Below, piece by piece: positions 36,838-44,702 of a DNA stretch of 44,967 nucleotides; position 1 is the first letter of the stretch; every line of letters starts with the position of its first letter. Source of the DNA: an uncultured delta proteobacterium. Lineage in GTDB: Bacteria; Myxococcota_A; Polyangia; Polyangiales; Polyangiaceae. Both the position numbers and the translations under genes were made by a program. The DNA lies in contig CAVSWE010000003.1 in NCBI GenBank assembly GCA_963731595.1, positions 300,948 through 345,914 on the forward strand, written 5' to 3'. Under the pieces are notes generated by a model. That model ran no database searches. It saw nothing but the letters and a program-made list of their open reading frames with translations, and was not told the origin of the DNA.

Positions 36838-38010
36838 CTACTTTATCTGGTCAAACGCCCAATTGGGGATATCGCCGAGATTGGGAGGAACGGTCAACCA
36901 ATGGTCGGGCTGCTTCGCAAGCGCACGCCCCGCATCAAATGCTGCACGCATCTGTTTCGGATCAAAGGCGAGCGGGTCTTTACCGACGTTTACGTTGTCG
37001 GGAATCGCAACCATTTTGAAGTTGTAGCCTAGAAACTTGGCTCCGAAATAGGACCGCGTCATAGCCGTCAGCATAGACTGGTCCATCATCACGCTGACGG
37101 TCGTGGCTGCCACGGGCCCGATGGCCCTGCGCAAAGCCTCGGGCGGGTTATGAAGCCTACCGTTGTCAACCAGGTACACGTTACCTGGACCATATAGTGG
37201 AGGCGGGGGGCGCTCGGTCCCACCCAACCCTGCGATGACAACATTCGAACGGGCGGCCCCGTCGACGAACAGATGACCATCGATTTCCACCGGCGGAAAG
37301 ACGATGGGGAACGATGCAGAGGCGAGCAATACGTCACGATAAAGCGCGAGGTTTCCGTCCTTGGCGATCGCCGACATATTCCAGACCCAGGTCTGGCCGT
37401 AATCGATGTTGGTCGTGCCAACAAGCAGAATCCGGTTGTCGTCGTACGCGGCAGCCACGCGCTTTAACGTCTCCGCGGTAATGTGTTTAGCGATGAGTGC
37501 TCGCAGCGGCGTGGTGTCTGAGAGCGAATCAGCGCCGAACGCGAGGCTCAAGATCCCTCTTTCATTATGAACGTCTTTCTTGGTGATTTGCGTGTACATC
37601 TCTTCGAGCTGCGCATCGTCAGCCGGGGTGCCGAGCAGAGCGTGCGTCGCCAGTAAAGCTCCGGTGCTCACGCCGCCGACCATATCGAACTCGGGTCGTT
37701 GACCGCTTTCGCGCCAACCAAGCAAGAAGCCGGCCCCAAAGGCGCCGTTCTCGCCACCGCCTGAGAGGGACAGAATATTGAGCGCGCGCCCGTGCTTGCG
37801 CTCCATCTGACGGATAAGATTCGTGTCTCCCGCCGCAGCCGCGGCGTAGAGGGGCGAAAGCTGGTCCGGATTCAGCGGAGCGTGCCCATTTGGCAGCGTG
37901 GCATATGACGGAGCCTTTTGTGAAAGCACCCGTTCCGGAGCCGATGCACATCCCGCGAGCAGCACCGCTGCCACAACACCTACGAAAATAATCAGCTTTC
38001 TGTCTCTCAT
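36838..38010 (-). CDS. Patatin-like phospholipase family lipoprotein
   Basis: The lipobox is LLAGC. The oxyanion motif is LSLSGGGENGAFGAG, the nucleophile elbow is GVSTG (GxSxG), and the catalytic Asp context is FVDGA. The ORF is intact, and a start at 38031 is possible. Confidence 0.85.
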   Translation of the reverse strand: MRDRKLIIFVGVVAAVLLAGCASAPERVLSQKAPSYATLPNGHAPLNPDQLSPLYAAAAAGDTNLIRQMERKHGRALNILSLSGGGENGAFGAGFLLGWRESGQRPEFDMVGGVSTGALLATHALLGTPADDAQLEEMYTQITKKDVHNERGILSLAFGADSLSDTTPLRALIAKHITAETLKRVAAAYDDNRILLVGTTNIDYGQTWVWNMSAIAKDGNLALYRDVLLASASFPIVFPPVEIDGHLFVDGAARSNVVIAGLGGTERPPPPLYGPGNVYLVDNGRLHNPPEALRRAIGPVAATTVSVMMDQSMLTAMTRSYFGAKFLGYNFKMVAIPDNVNVGKDPLAFDPKQMRAAFDAGRALAKQPDHWLTVPPNLGDIPNWAFDQIK

Positions 38011-38160
38011 ATTCAGGTCCGTTCTGCTCATCAGGAAGCAAGTTTCTTCAGCGCAATCTGCGAATGATAATCATGTAGCCGGCCTCCTCGCCGCGGTTAA
38101 GCGGCGGGGTTAAAGTCAATTTGCGAAATGGACTTTGACCCAAAGGAGACCGACATGAAA

Positions 38161-38188
38161 TATTGTGGCATAGATATTGTGGCATAGA
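38161..38188. repeat. Perfect 14-bp tandem duplication (tattgtggcataga x2)
   Basis: Read directly from the sequence. It lies 9 nt left of the CTAG that flanks the IS5-like element. Confidence 0.9.
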
Positions 38189-38196
38189 CCGCTTGT

Positions 38197-39520
38197 CTAG
38201 CAGCCTGATGCAAAACTGGACATTTCTCGATTATCGGCTACCTTGTGAATAAGGTCCGACTCCGAGAAAGAAACACAATGCGCGGTCATCAGGAACCTCA
38301 AGAGTCAGATGTTTAGTTACTTCTCGCCGGAGTCGCGGGTGCCGGTGGATCATCCGCTGCGCAGCATCAAGGCGCTACGCCGATCCGGGTGCTCAAGGAG
38401 CTGTACGCGGGACTTCGATGCACTGTACGCGAGACACGGGCCGGCCCTCGATTCCGCCGGAGCGACTGCTCGAAGGGCCAGTCTGCTGATCGCGCTGTAT
38501 TCGGTGCGCTCGGACCGGCATGTTCTGCCAGATGCTCGACTACAACATCCTGTTTCGCTGGTTCCTGGACATGAGCCTGGAGGATGCGGGGCTTGGACCA
38601 GTCGAACTTCTCGCGCCTGCGCGAGCGGCTGGTCGATAGCGAGGATCTGGCGCAGCGCTTCTTCGATGCGATCGTGAAGGTCGCGCGCGCGAGGGAGCTG
38701 CTGTCCTCGGAGCACCTGACGGTGGACGGCACGCTGATCGAGGCGTGGGCGGGAGCCAAGAGCTTCAAGCCCAAGGACGGACCGCCGCCGGCGCTCGGAC
38801 GGTCGAGGCGGAGTCAATTTCCGCGGCGAGCACCGCGCACCAACGACACCCATGCTTCGACGACCGATCCGGAAGCCAAGTCCGCCCGCAAAGGCAAAGG
38901 CAAGGAAGCCAAGCTGTGCTTTGGCGGCCATGCGCTCATGGAGAACCGCAACGGACTGTGCGTCGATATCCGGATGAGTTCGGCGCTCGAGACCGAGACC
39001 GCGCGGCCGAGGCAGCTGCTGAAGCGCCAGCGACGCAAGCGGCTGAAGCCGACCAGCGCTGGGCGCCGACAAGGGCTACCACAGCAAGGCATTTCGTGCG
39101 CATTTCCTGCGCCGCCGAGGCATCCGCCCGCACATGGCGCAGATCGAAGGGCGCAACACGCCAGGGCTGGATGCACGCACCACGCGTCATGCGAGTTACA
39201 GCGATGAGCCAGACGAAAGCGCAAGCGCGTCGAAGAGATCTTCGGCTGGATGAAAGCGTACGGCGGACTGCGCCGCACGCTGCTTCCGTGGCCTGCGCCC
39301 GCGTGCAGCTGCACGCCTACCTCGTCGGTGCGGCCTACAACCTGCTGCGGCTCACTCGATTGCGGCCGCTTACAGGGTAGTTGCGTCCAGATATAGGCCA
39401 TAGCCTTCAAACTCAGCAAAGCAGCGCGGTTACAAAGTCAGAACGGCTCATCTGAACCCCAAAAAGATCGAAGCGATGTTATCTCTCACCGTATTCGGCC
39501 GTTCTGCATCGGCCTGCTAG
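38197..39520 (+). mobile_element. IS5-family insertion sequence with imperfect terminal inverted repeats, CTAG at both ends, and a decayed transposase gene
   Basis: The left end is CTAG-CAGCCTGATGCAAAAC (38197-38216). The right end reverse complement is CTAG-CAGGCCGATGCAGAAC (39501-39520), giving 13 of 16 matches after CTAG. The transposase reading frames lie between them. Confidence 0.7.
38278..39380 (+). pseudogene. IS5-family (DDE, InsH-type N-terminus) transposase, with many frame disruptions
   Basis: Pieces across the three frames: MRGHQEPQ, MFSYFSPESRVPVDHPLRSIKA, LIALYSVRSDR, LDYNILFRWFLDMSLEDAGLDQSNFSRLRERLVDSEDLAQRFFDAIVKVARARELLSSEHLTVDGTLIEAWAGAKSFKPKDGPPP, HASTTDPEAK.ARKGKGKEAKLCFGGHALMENRNGLCVDI, GADKGYHSKAF, IRPHMAQIEGRNTPGLD, EEIFGWMKAYGGLRR, VQLHAYLVGAAYNLLRLTRL. 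Confidence 0.8.
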
Positions 39521-39599
39521 AGCACGAAGGGCAGCAACGGGTCAGTTTGCGACGGCGGGGCGAAGGTTGGCTGCTGTATGTCCTTCACCAGCCGCTCGG

Positions 39600-40811
39600 T
39601 CGAATCGCGTCAATGCCGGCGACCGGCCAAGAGCAGTCGGGTGGCGCCGCCACCCAAATTGCCGGAAAGGGGACGCTCACGGGGCCAGGCTAGGCCGATT
39701 GGCGGGTTCCTTGATCTGTGGCAAAGCTCGTACCTCGGGCTCTGTCACATTGCCCGCTTCGGGCCACCCTTTTGCCAAGGAGAAGCGGAATGAATTGACC
39801 CACACGAAGAACGGCTTGCCCGCCGCCTTGGCCTTGTCGATGAACTTCACCGAGTAATCGAGGATGTCCTCGTCGACCGTTTCCATGTTGTATTTGATGC
39901 CGGGCATCGGGTGCGGTGGCAGCGGACCCATATCCTCCAATCCCACTCGCGTGCACATCATCTCGCATTTGTCGCCGAAATACGCGGCCAGGCTGACCCC
40001 GGAGAATGGGTGGTATCTGCAAGAAGCGGTGATGTCCCAACTCGACGACGTGGTTGGCGGCCTGCTGGACAAGCTGAAGGCCGAGGGGCTTGAGGACAAT
40101 ACAATCGTTGTGTTCACGACCGATAACGGCGCCGAGAACTTCACTTGGCCGGATGGCGGCAACACGCCCTTCGCCGCGGGCAAGGGGACGATCATGGAAG
40201 GTGGCATGCGCGTGCCAATGATCGTTCGCTGGCCGAGTCACGTCCCGGCCGGGAAGGTCGAAAATGGAATCATGTCGGGTATGGACTTCTTCCCGACATT
40301 TGTTGCCGCGGCTGGCGATCCGAACATCAAGGACGAACTGATCAAGGGCAAGCAGTTGGGTGACAGGACCTACAAGGTTCATCTCGATGGCTACAACCAA
40401 CTGGACATGTTGACCGGCAAGGTGCCTTCCAACCGACACGAAATCTTTTACTTTGCCGAGGGCACTTTGGGCGCGGTTCGTATCGATGACTGGAAATTCA
40501 GACTGATCGACCAGCCCGAGGGCATGATCGGGGGAACGGTCAAAGTCAATGCGCCGACGCTCGTCAATCTCCGGCTCGATCCGTTTGAGCGAATGGGGTG
40601 GTCGAGGGGCAACGACGGGTCCTTCGAATATTTCGGAGCTTTCTATCAACATGAATTCTGGCGCTTCGTTTTTCTTCAGCAGAAGGTCGGCGAATATGCC
40701 CAGACATTCCTCGACTTTCCGCCGATGCAGCGTGCAGCGAGCTTCAACCTCGACGCGGTCAAGGCCGAAATTGCCGCGCGAATCGCGGAGATGAAGGGCA
40801 GGACGGAATAA
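39600..40811 (+). pseudogene. Arylsulfatase (COG3119 type). It is 5'-truncated, frameshifted in its upstream part, and carries a 148-bp internal inversion (39794-39941).
   Basis: The downstream part is intact in frame 0: NPTRVHIISHLSPKY...IVVFTTDNGAENFTWPDGGNTPFAAGKGTIMEGGMRVPMIVRWP...DPFERMGW. The immediately preceding residues (LEDMGPLPPHPMPGIKYNMETVDEDILDYSVKFIDKAKAAGKPFFVWVN) are encoded on the opposite strand. The upstream plus strand carries RFGPPFAKEKRNE and weaker sulfatase-like traces. The sulfatase N-terminus with the catalytic C/SxPxR motif is absent. Confidence 0.75.
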
Positions 40812-40820
40812 TGGCTTTGC

Positions 40821-41130
40821 TTGGCGTCGCCGATCGTGAATAGCGCTAAGTTGAACCGGTCCGCCAGCTTGAGGCTCGGGCTGGTCGTGTTGGCGTTGGG
40901 TGCCGGCCTACTCGCGTCGGGCCCGGCGGCGAGTGAAGACGTGGACATGAACGACGGGCAGTGGCACTTCGGCATCACGCCCTACGGATGGCTGCCGAGC
41001 CTTCATGGCAACCTGAACCTCATTCTGCCGTCGGGGTCCACTTCGGCGGCAGTGGAAATCAACCCGAGCAGCTACCTGTCCAACCTCCAGTTCGGATTGA
41101 TGGTTGCCGGCGAGGCGCGCAAGGGTGAAG
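40821..41130 (+). pseudogene. Outer-membrane beta-barrel protein, N-terminal fragment (about 100 codons)
   Basis: A signal peptide (LGLVVLALGAGLLASGPAASE) is followed by WHFGITPYGWLPSLHGNLNL...SYLSNLQFGLMVAGEARKG. This is typical of the first strands of a family of about 250-300 aa OM proteins. Similarity stops at about 41125, where an integrase scrap begins on the other strand. Confidence 0.5.
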
Positions 41131-41222
41131 ATCGTGAGGTCCGCCAAATGTTCCGGGAGCGCCGCGATTAGCTGCTGGGCGTGGTCTTTGGTCAGTACGC
41201 TTTCGCTTGGTCCGGATAGCAT
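41118..41222 (-). pseudogene. Tyrosine recombinase/phage integrase internal fragment (about 35 codons)
   Basis: SVLTKDHAQQLIAALPEHLADLTIFTLA resembles the LT.eE...Ll.alp.hl..l..faL.TG block preceding the catalytic domain of tyrosine integrases. There is no N-terminus and no catalytic residues. Confidence 0.4.
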
Positions 41223-41343
41223 TTAGCGCCGCATGCGGAGCGTATGGCCGAACATGTGGGCACGTTTTGGGCACAGCCCGTGGACGACAATCAAAAGCCG
41301 CGCAAGAAGGCGGCCACATGACATTGTTTCCACAGCAAAAATC

Positions 41344-41388
41344 TGGTGGCCAAGGGCGGAATTGAACCACCGACACACGGATTTTCAG
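41344..41388 (-). tRNA. tRNA-Phe(GAA) 3' fragment from the anticodon loop to CCA. It is not a complete gene and is probably an att-site repeat.
   Basis: The reverse strand reads CTGAAAA-TCCGT-GTGTC-GGTGG-TTCAATT-CCGCC-CTTGGCC-A-CCA. That gives the anticodon loop with GAA, the 3' anticodon stem strand, the variable loop, a complete T arm, the 3' acceptor strand, the discriminator and CCA. The sequence 5' of it cannot form the D arm or the acceptor 5' strand. Confidence 0.75.
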
Positions 41389-41740
41389 TCTGATAACAGG
41401 TGAAGTAAAGTTGCTCGGTTTGTCAATTAATCAATGGCTTGCGAAGCTTGCCACTTTTCCGTTTTCGCCAATTCCAGCCTCACTCAGGCTGATTTTGGGC
41501 ACTGCCAATCTCAGTTCGTCACAAACGCGTCTCGCAGCAAAATGAACCTGTCGCTACTCGGATCTCATCTAGCAGACACGGTCAGGTCGGCTTTCGTTCG
41601 CGACAGGTCTAGTTTCGTTAAGAGGCGCTGCAATCAAGTCAGTCCAAGTCGCTTCGCAATGCCGGACGCCAGCACATGATAGCCAACCCAGTTAACGGTT
41701 TACAAAACGTTTCGTACGAACGTAGAAGTTTGTTACCGCT

Positions 41741-42046
41741 TCAGACGCGCGGCTGTCGACCTCGACTGGTATGCCAAAACGCAAGCACGTCAACAAACTC
41801 TCCCGCCACCCGATAGTAGATGTAGTACCGCACCCGGGCCAGCGTCACACGACGCACGCCCTTGGCGCGGCTGCGACGAGCCGGTGCACCTATGCCAGGC
41901 TGCATGCATAGCACATCCAGCATCTCGGCAACGTCGTGGTGTATGGCATTGGGTGCCGATGGTCGGTTTCGGGCCCACCACTCCGCCGCCTCTTCGATTT
42001 GGCTCAGGGCCCGCTGAGAGACCCTGATCTTGCGCAGTAAAGTCAA
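41741..42046 (-). CDS. ParE/RelE-family type II toxin
   Basis: A 101-aa protein with a TTG start. ...VRRVTLARVRYYIYYRVAGEFVDVLAFWHTSRG is the typical ParE/RelE C-terminal pattern. It overlaps the upstream antitoxin stop by 4 nt (TTGA). Confidence 0.75.
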   Translation of the reverse strand: MTLLRKIRVSQRALSQIEEAAEWWARNRPSAPNAIHHDVAEMLDVLCMQPGIGAPARRSRAKGVRRVTLARVRYYIYYRVAGEFVDVLAFWHTSRGRQPRV

Positions 42047-42264
42047 CCGAATCGGCGCAGCCGCTCGAGCAGTTGCTCACCTGAGACGAACTCCCCTCGC
42101 TCGATTTGAGCGATGGAGTCGAGCAGCTCGTCCTCCTCTCCAGGAGTTAGCTCGAATGCTTCTTCGTTGTCGCGGAGTACCACGGTAACAGTCGAGCCTT
42201 CGGCCAAGGACTCCCCCTCGACCACGACTTTTCCGTCGACAACGATGCCGGTAGTGACTTTCAT
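42043..42264 (-). CDS. Type II antitoxin partner of the ParE/RelE toxin
   Basis: A 73-aa acidic protein, MKVTTGIVVDGKVVVEGESLAEGSTVTVVLRD...EEDELLDSIAQIERGEFVSGEQLLERLRRFG. Its position and translational coupling are typical of an antitoxin. Confidence 0.65.
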   Translation of the reverse strand: MKVTTGIVVDGKVVVEGESLAEGSTVTVVLRDNEEAFELTPGEEDELLDSIAQIERGEFVSGEQLLERLRRFG

Positions 42265-42405
42265 GCTCGGTATTCTACCTTTGACCAGAGTCCGTGTCTC
42301 GTCTCCTCGTCTCCGCTCGACTTGCCGCCGGTGGCTGCAATCTCTTGCGGTTTCAACCGGTCAATGCAACGCACTATAGCCTGAGCAATCAGAGGAGTGT
42401 TGCAG

Positions 42406-42700
42406 ATGAGACCTCGGATCTATTACACGGAGAGTCAGAGGGCGCTGATGTGGGAGCGCTGGCAGAAGGGTGATTCTCTACACCAAATCGCGCGGTTGTT
42501 TGATCGGAACCACCCATCTATAGCGCGGATTTTAGGCGAGACGGGTGGGATCCGTCCGGCGCCACGAAAGCGCTCGCGATTGGCGTTGACCTTGGCCGAA
42601 CGCGAAGAGATCTCGCGCGCGGTGGTTGCCGGTCATTGCATGCGTTCGATAGCAGTGCACCTCGGCCGAGCGCCATCGACGATCAGTCGGGAGCCTCTCT
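42406..42700 (+). mobile_element. IS30-family transposase, N-terminal HTH fragment only
   Basis: MRPRIYYTESQRALMWERWQKGDSLHQIARLFDRNHPSIARIL...LTLAEREEISRAVVAGHCMRSIAVHLGRAPSTISRE matches the double-HTH N-terminus of IS30 transposases. Similarity ends after STISRE, and the DDE domain is absent. Confidence 0.7.
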
Positions 42701-42820
42701 TGGCGAAACGTCTCGAGCCTTCGTGGCGGCACCTGCGTGAGCGCGTCGGTACCGGCACTGCCTCGGACGCAACGTTCCGAGCGCCACACAAATGCTCAAC
42801 CGATTGCGCCGACACGCAGC

Positions 42821-42979
42821 CTATGGCCGCTTGCCAACGACCTTTCCGTTCTCCCAAACGTAGATGCGCGTGCCGTGCACGCGCGCAGTCTTCCTTGCTT
42901 GGCGCGCCGCTCTTTGAATTGCCCGGGCCACAGCCGCGAAGAAACGTTCGTTCTCCTTGGATTTCGCGTGTTTTATCAT
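42821..42979 (-). CDS. Small (52-aa) basic protein translationally coupled to the zeta-like kinase (below the ORF-track cutoff)
   Basis: The manual translation is MIKHAKSKENERFFAAVARAIQRAARQARKTARVHGTRIYVWENGKVVGKRP. Its ATG overlaps the upstream TGA (ATGA at 42976-42979). Confidence 0.45.
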   Translation of the reverse strand: MIKHAKSKENERFFAAVARAIQRAARQARKTARVHGTRIYVWENGKVVGKRP

Positions 42980-43527
42980 GGACCTCGCTCGATCAGCTTT
43001 GGTTTGTCTCCCGCATTATCGTAGACGGTCCACACGTCTGCCATGGGCCGATAAATGGCCCAAAAATTATCCCAGCTTCGCTGAAATCGACGCCGTACGT
43101 CGACCTCGGGGACATCATGTCCCCCTTGCTTGACGCGCTCGGCAATCCTTCGCAGGGCGAGCCGTGGGGACGGTAGCTTCAAGTAAACGATCTCCACTCT
43201 ATAGCCGGCCGTCTTCCAGCGTTTTAACCGCGACAGGTATGCAACGCCACTGAGTGTACTCTCAAACGCAAAATCTACCCGTTCGGCTGCGAGCCGGTCC
43301 AGTTCCCTAAGAAAGATTCGTCCCGCGGCCAGCGCTGCCATTTCGGGGCGAAGTGGAGCGAGACCCGCGGCGATCAAATCTGCGTTCACAAAGTGGATCA
43401 CCTTGGCGTCAATTGGAAGAAATTGACGAGCGAAGGTCGTCTTCCCTGCCCCGTTCGGCCCGGCGATGACGATGCAGCGGTGTGCTTTTCGACGCCGCCG
43501 GGTGGCAGCACTCGCCCTAGTCGTCAT
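42976..43527 (-). CDS. Zeta-toxin-like / AAA_33-type P-loop kinase
   Basis: IVIAGPNGAGKTTFARQFLP (Walker A), FVNADLIAAGL, FAFESTLSG and VEIVYLKLPSPRLALRRIAERVKQGGHDVPEVDVRRRF are typical of the zeta toxin family. The ORF is intact. Confidence 0.75.
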   Translation of the reverse strand: MTTRASAATRRRRKAHRCIVIAGPNGAGKTTFARQFLPIDAKVIHFVNADLIAAGLAPLRPEMAALAAGRIFLRELDRLAAERVDFAFESTLSGVAYLSRLKRWKTAGYRVEIVYLKLPSPRLALRRIAERVKQGGHDVPEVDVRRRFQRSWDNFWAIYRPMADVWTVYDNAGDKPKLIERGP

Positions 43528-43864
43528 CGTGGCTTCTTGTTGTTTTGGAGATCACTATTATAGCTAGCCCTTTTAGTGCAAGCGCGCACGGCGCTGGCTC
43601 GCTTGCCCAGGAAGCTGGGACGCCATCGCGCATTGCGGTGCAACCGAGGGCCTGCTGCATAGCCCACAGCGCCCATCGAGGAGTGAAGGGCGGCTATGAG
43701 CAACAGAGCCGCCAGCGGGCGCCTCGGTTCCAATGGGCGTGAACGACCCCAATCCGGTCATCGAGCCTTATGAAAACCAATGGGATGGACCCCTCCTCAC
43801 CTAGCGGCATCGATGTGCCAGACCGGAAGTGTCAGCCACCAGTCAACGGGAGAAGGAGTCCACC

Positions 43865-44400
43865 ATGAAGCTTATTCGCGTTGGGGTCGATTTGGCAAAG
43901 AACGTCTTCCAGGTCCACGGTGTAGATCGGAACGAGAAAGCGATATGGTGCCGCAAGCTAGGGCGGGAGAGCTGGGTGAAGATTCTGCTGGAGACCGTTG
44001 AGTCTGGCTGTGAGATTGGCATGGAGTCGTGCGGTGGCGCGCACCATTGGGCTCGCCAACTGCAGGCGCACGGGTTGAAGGTGAGGATGATTGCGCCGCA
44101 GTTCGTCAAACCGTATGTGACGAGTAACAAGAATGACGCCAACGATGCCGAGGCGATCTGTGAGGCAATGAGCCGGCCCAAGATGCGCTTTGTGGCGGTG
44201 AAGACGGTGGAGCAACAAGACATCCAGGCGGTACACCGAATTCGCGCCGAGCTGACCAAGCAACGCACAGCCAAAGGGAACCAGATCCGGGGCCTGGTCG
44301 CCGAGTACGGGTTGGTGGCACCTAAGGAGCTGGAGCATTTGCGCAGGGCGTTACCCTGTTGGTTGGAAGACGCAGAGAACGGCTTGAGCGGGCGGTTCCG
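43865..44400 (+). mobile_element. IS110-family transposase, N-terminal (DEDD) domain fragment
   Basis: Reads MKLIRVGVDLAKNVFQVHGVDRNEKAIWCRKL...GMESCGGAHHWARQLQAHGLKVRMIAPQFVKPYVTSNKNDANDAEAICEA...IQAVHRIRAELTKQRTA..NQIRGLVAEYG. Similarity decays after about residue 180, and the C-terminal Transposase_20 domain is absent. Confidence 0.75.
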
Positions 44401-44702
44401 GCGACTACAGGTCGATCAACCGCGTCGCAAACAGGAGCACATCCACCACGATTGCTAAGCAAACCGAACGATGGCAAACAGGTCGAACCGGCGCCGGCAG
44501 ATCCCGAGAACGTCCATGTGCGAGAAGCACGAAAAACCAATGGGGAGCTGGCGCGCGAATAGCCCATCATGGCCCGGCATCGTCAAATCGATGCGGCAGT
44601 TAGAGGCCGGATATACGTGAGCAGTCGTACCTCACCGCCAAAGATCGGAATGCTTGCAAACGAGGAGGGGTCCATATACGGACGTTCGCATAACGTAATC
44701 CT

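Noticed and set aside
38155-38187. The mini-ORF MKYCGIDIVA after AAGGAG, reminiscent of IS110-type transposase N-termini (M..GIDv.K).
   Set aside because: It is ten codons long, created by the 14-bp duplication, with no continuation in any frame. The similarity is too short to mean anything.
39784-39806. Resemblance of the left inversion breakpoint (gcggaatgaattgacccacacg) to the tRNA-Phe att core (gcggaattgaaccaccgacacacg). This hints at integrase-mediated inversion at a pseudo-att site.
   Set aside because: The right breakpoint matches the core only weakly (about 8 of 13). The similarity requires gaps, and the integrase here is a dead scrap. I note it only as a curiosity.
41060-41125. Extension of the integrase-like reading (RLAGNHQSELEVGQVAARVDF) further downstream on the minus strand.
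   Set aside because: This stretch is antisense to the better-supported outer-membrane protein segment (SYLSNLQFGLMVAGEARKG). The apparent TGLR..E-like match is most likely chance.
41344-41430. A complete tRNA gene.
   Set aside because: Only the anticodon loop, T arm, acceptor 3' strand and CCA are present. The upstream roughly 35 nt (reverse strand ...gcaactttacttcacctgttatcaga) cannot pair with the acceptor 3' strand or form a D arm.
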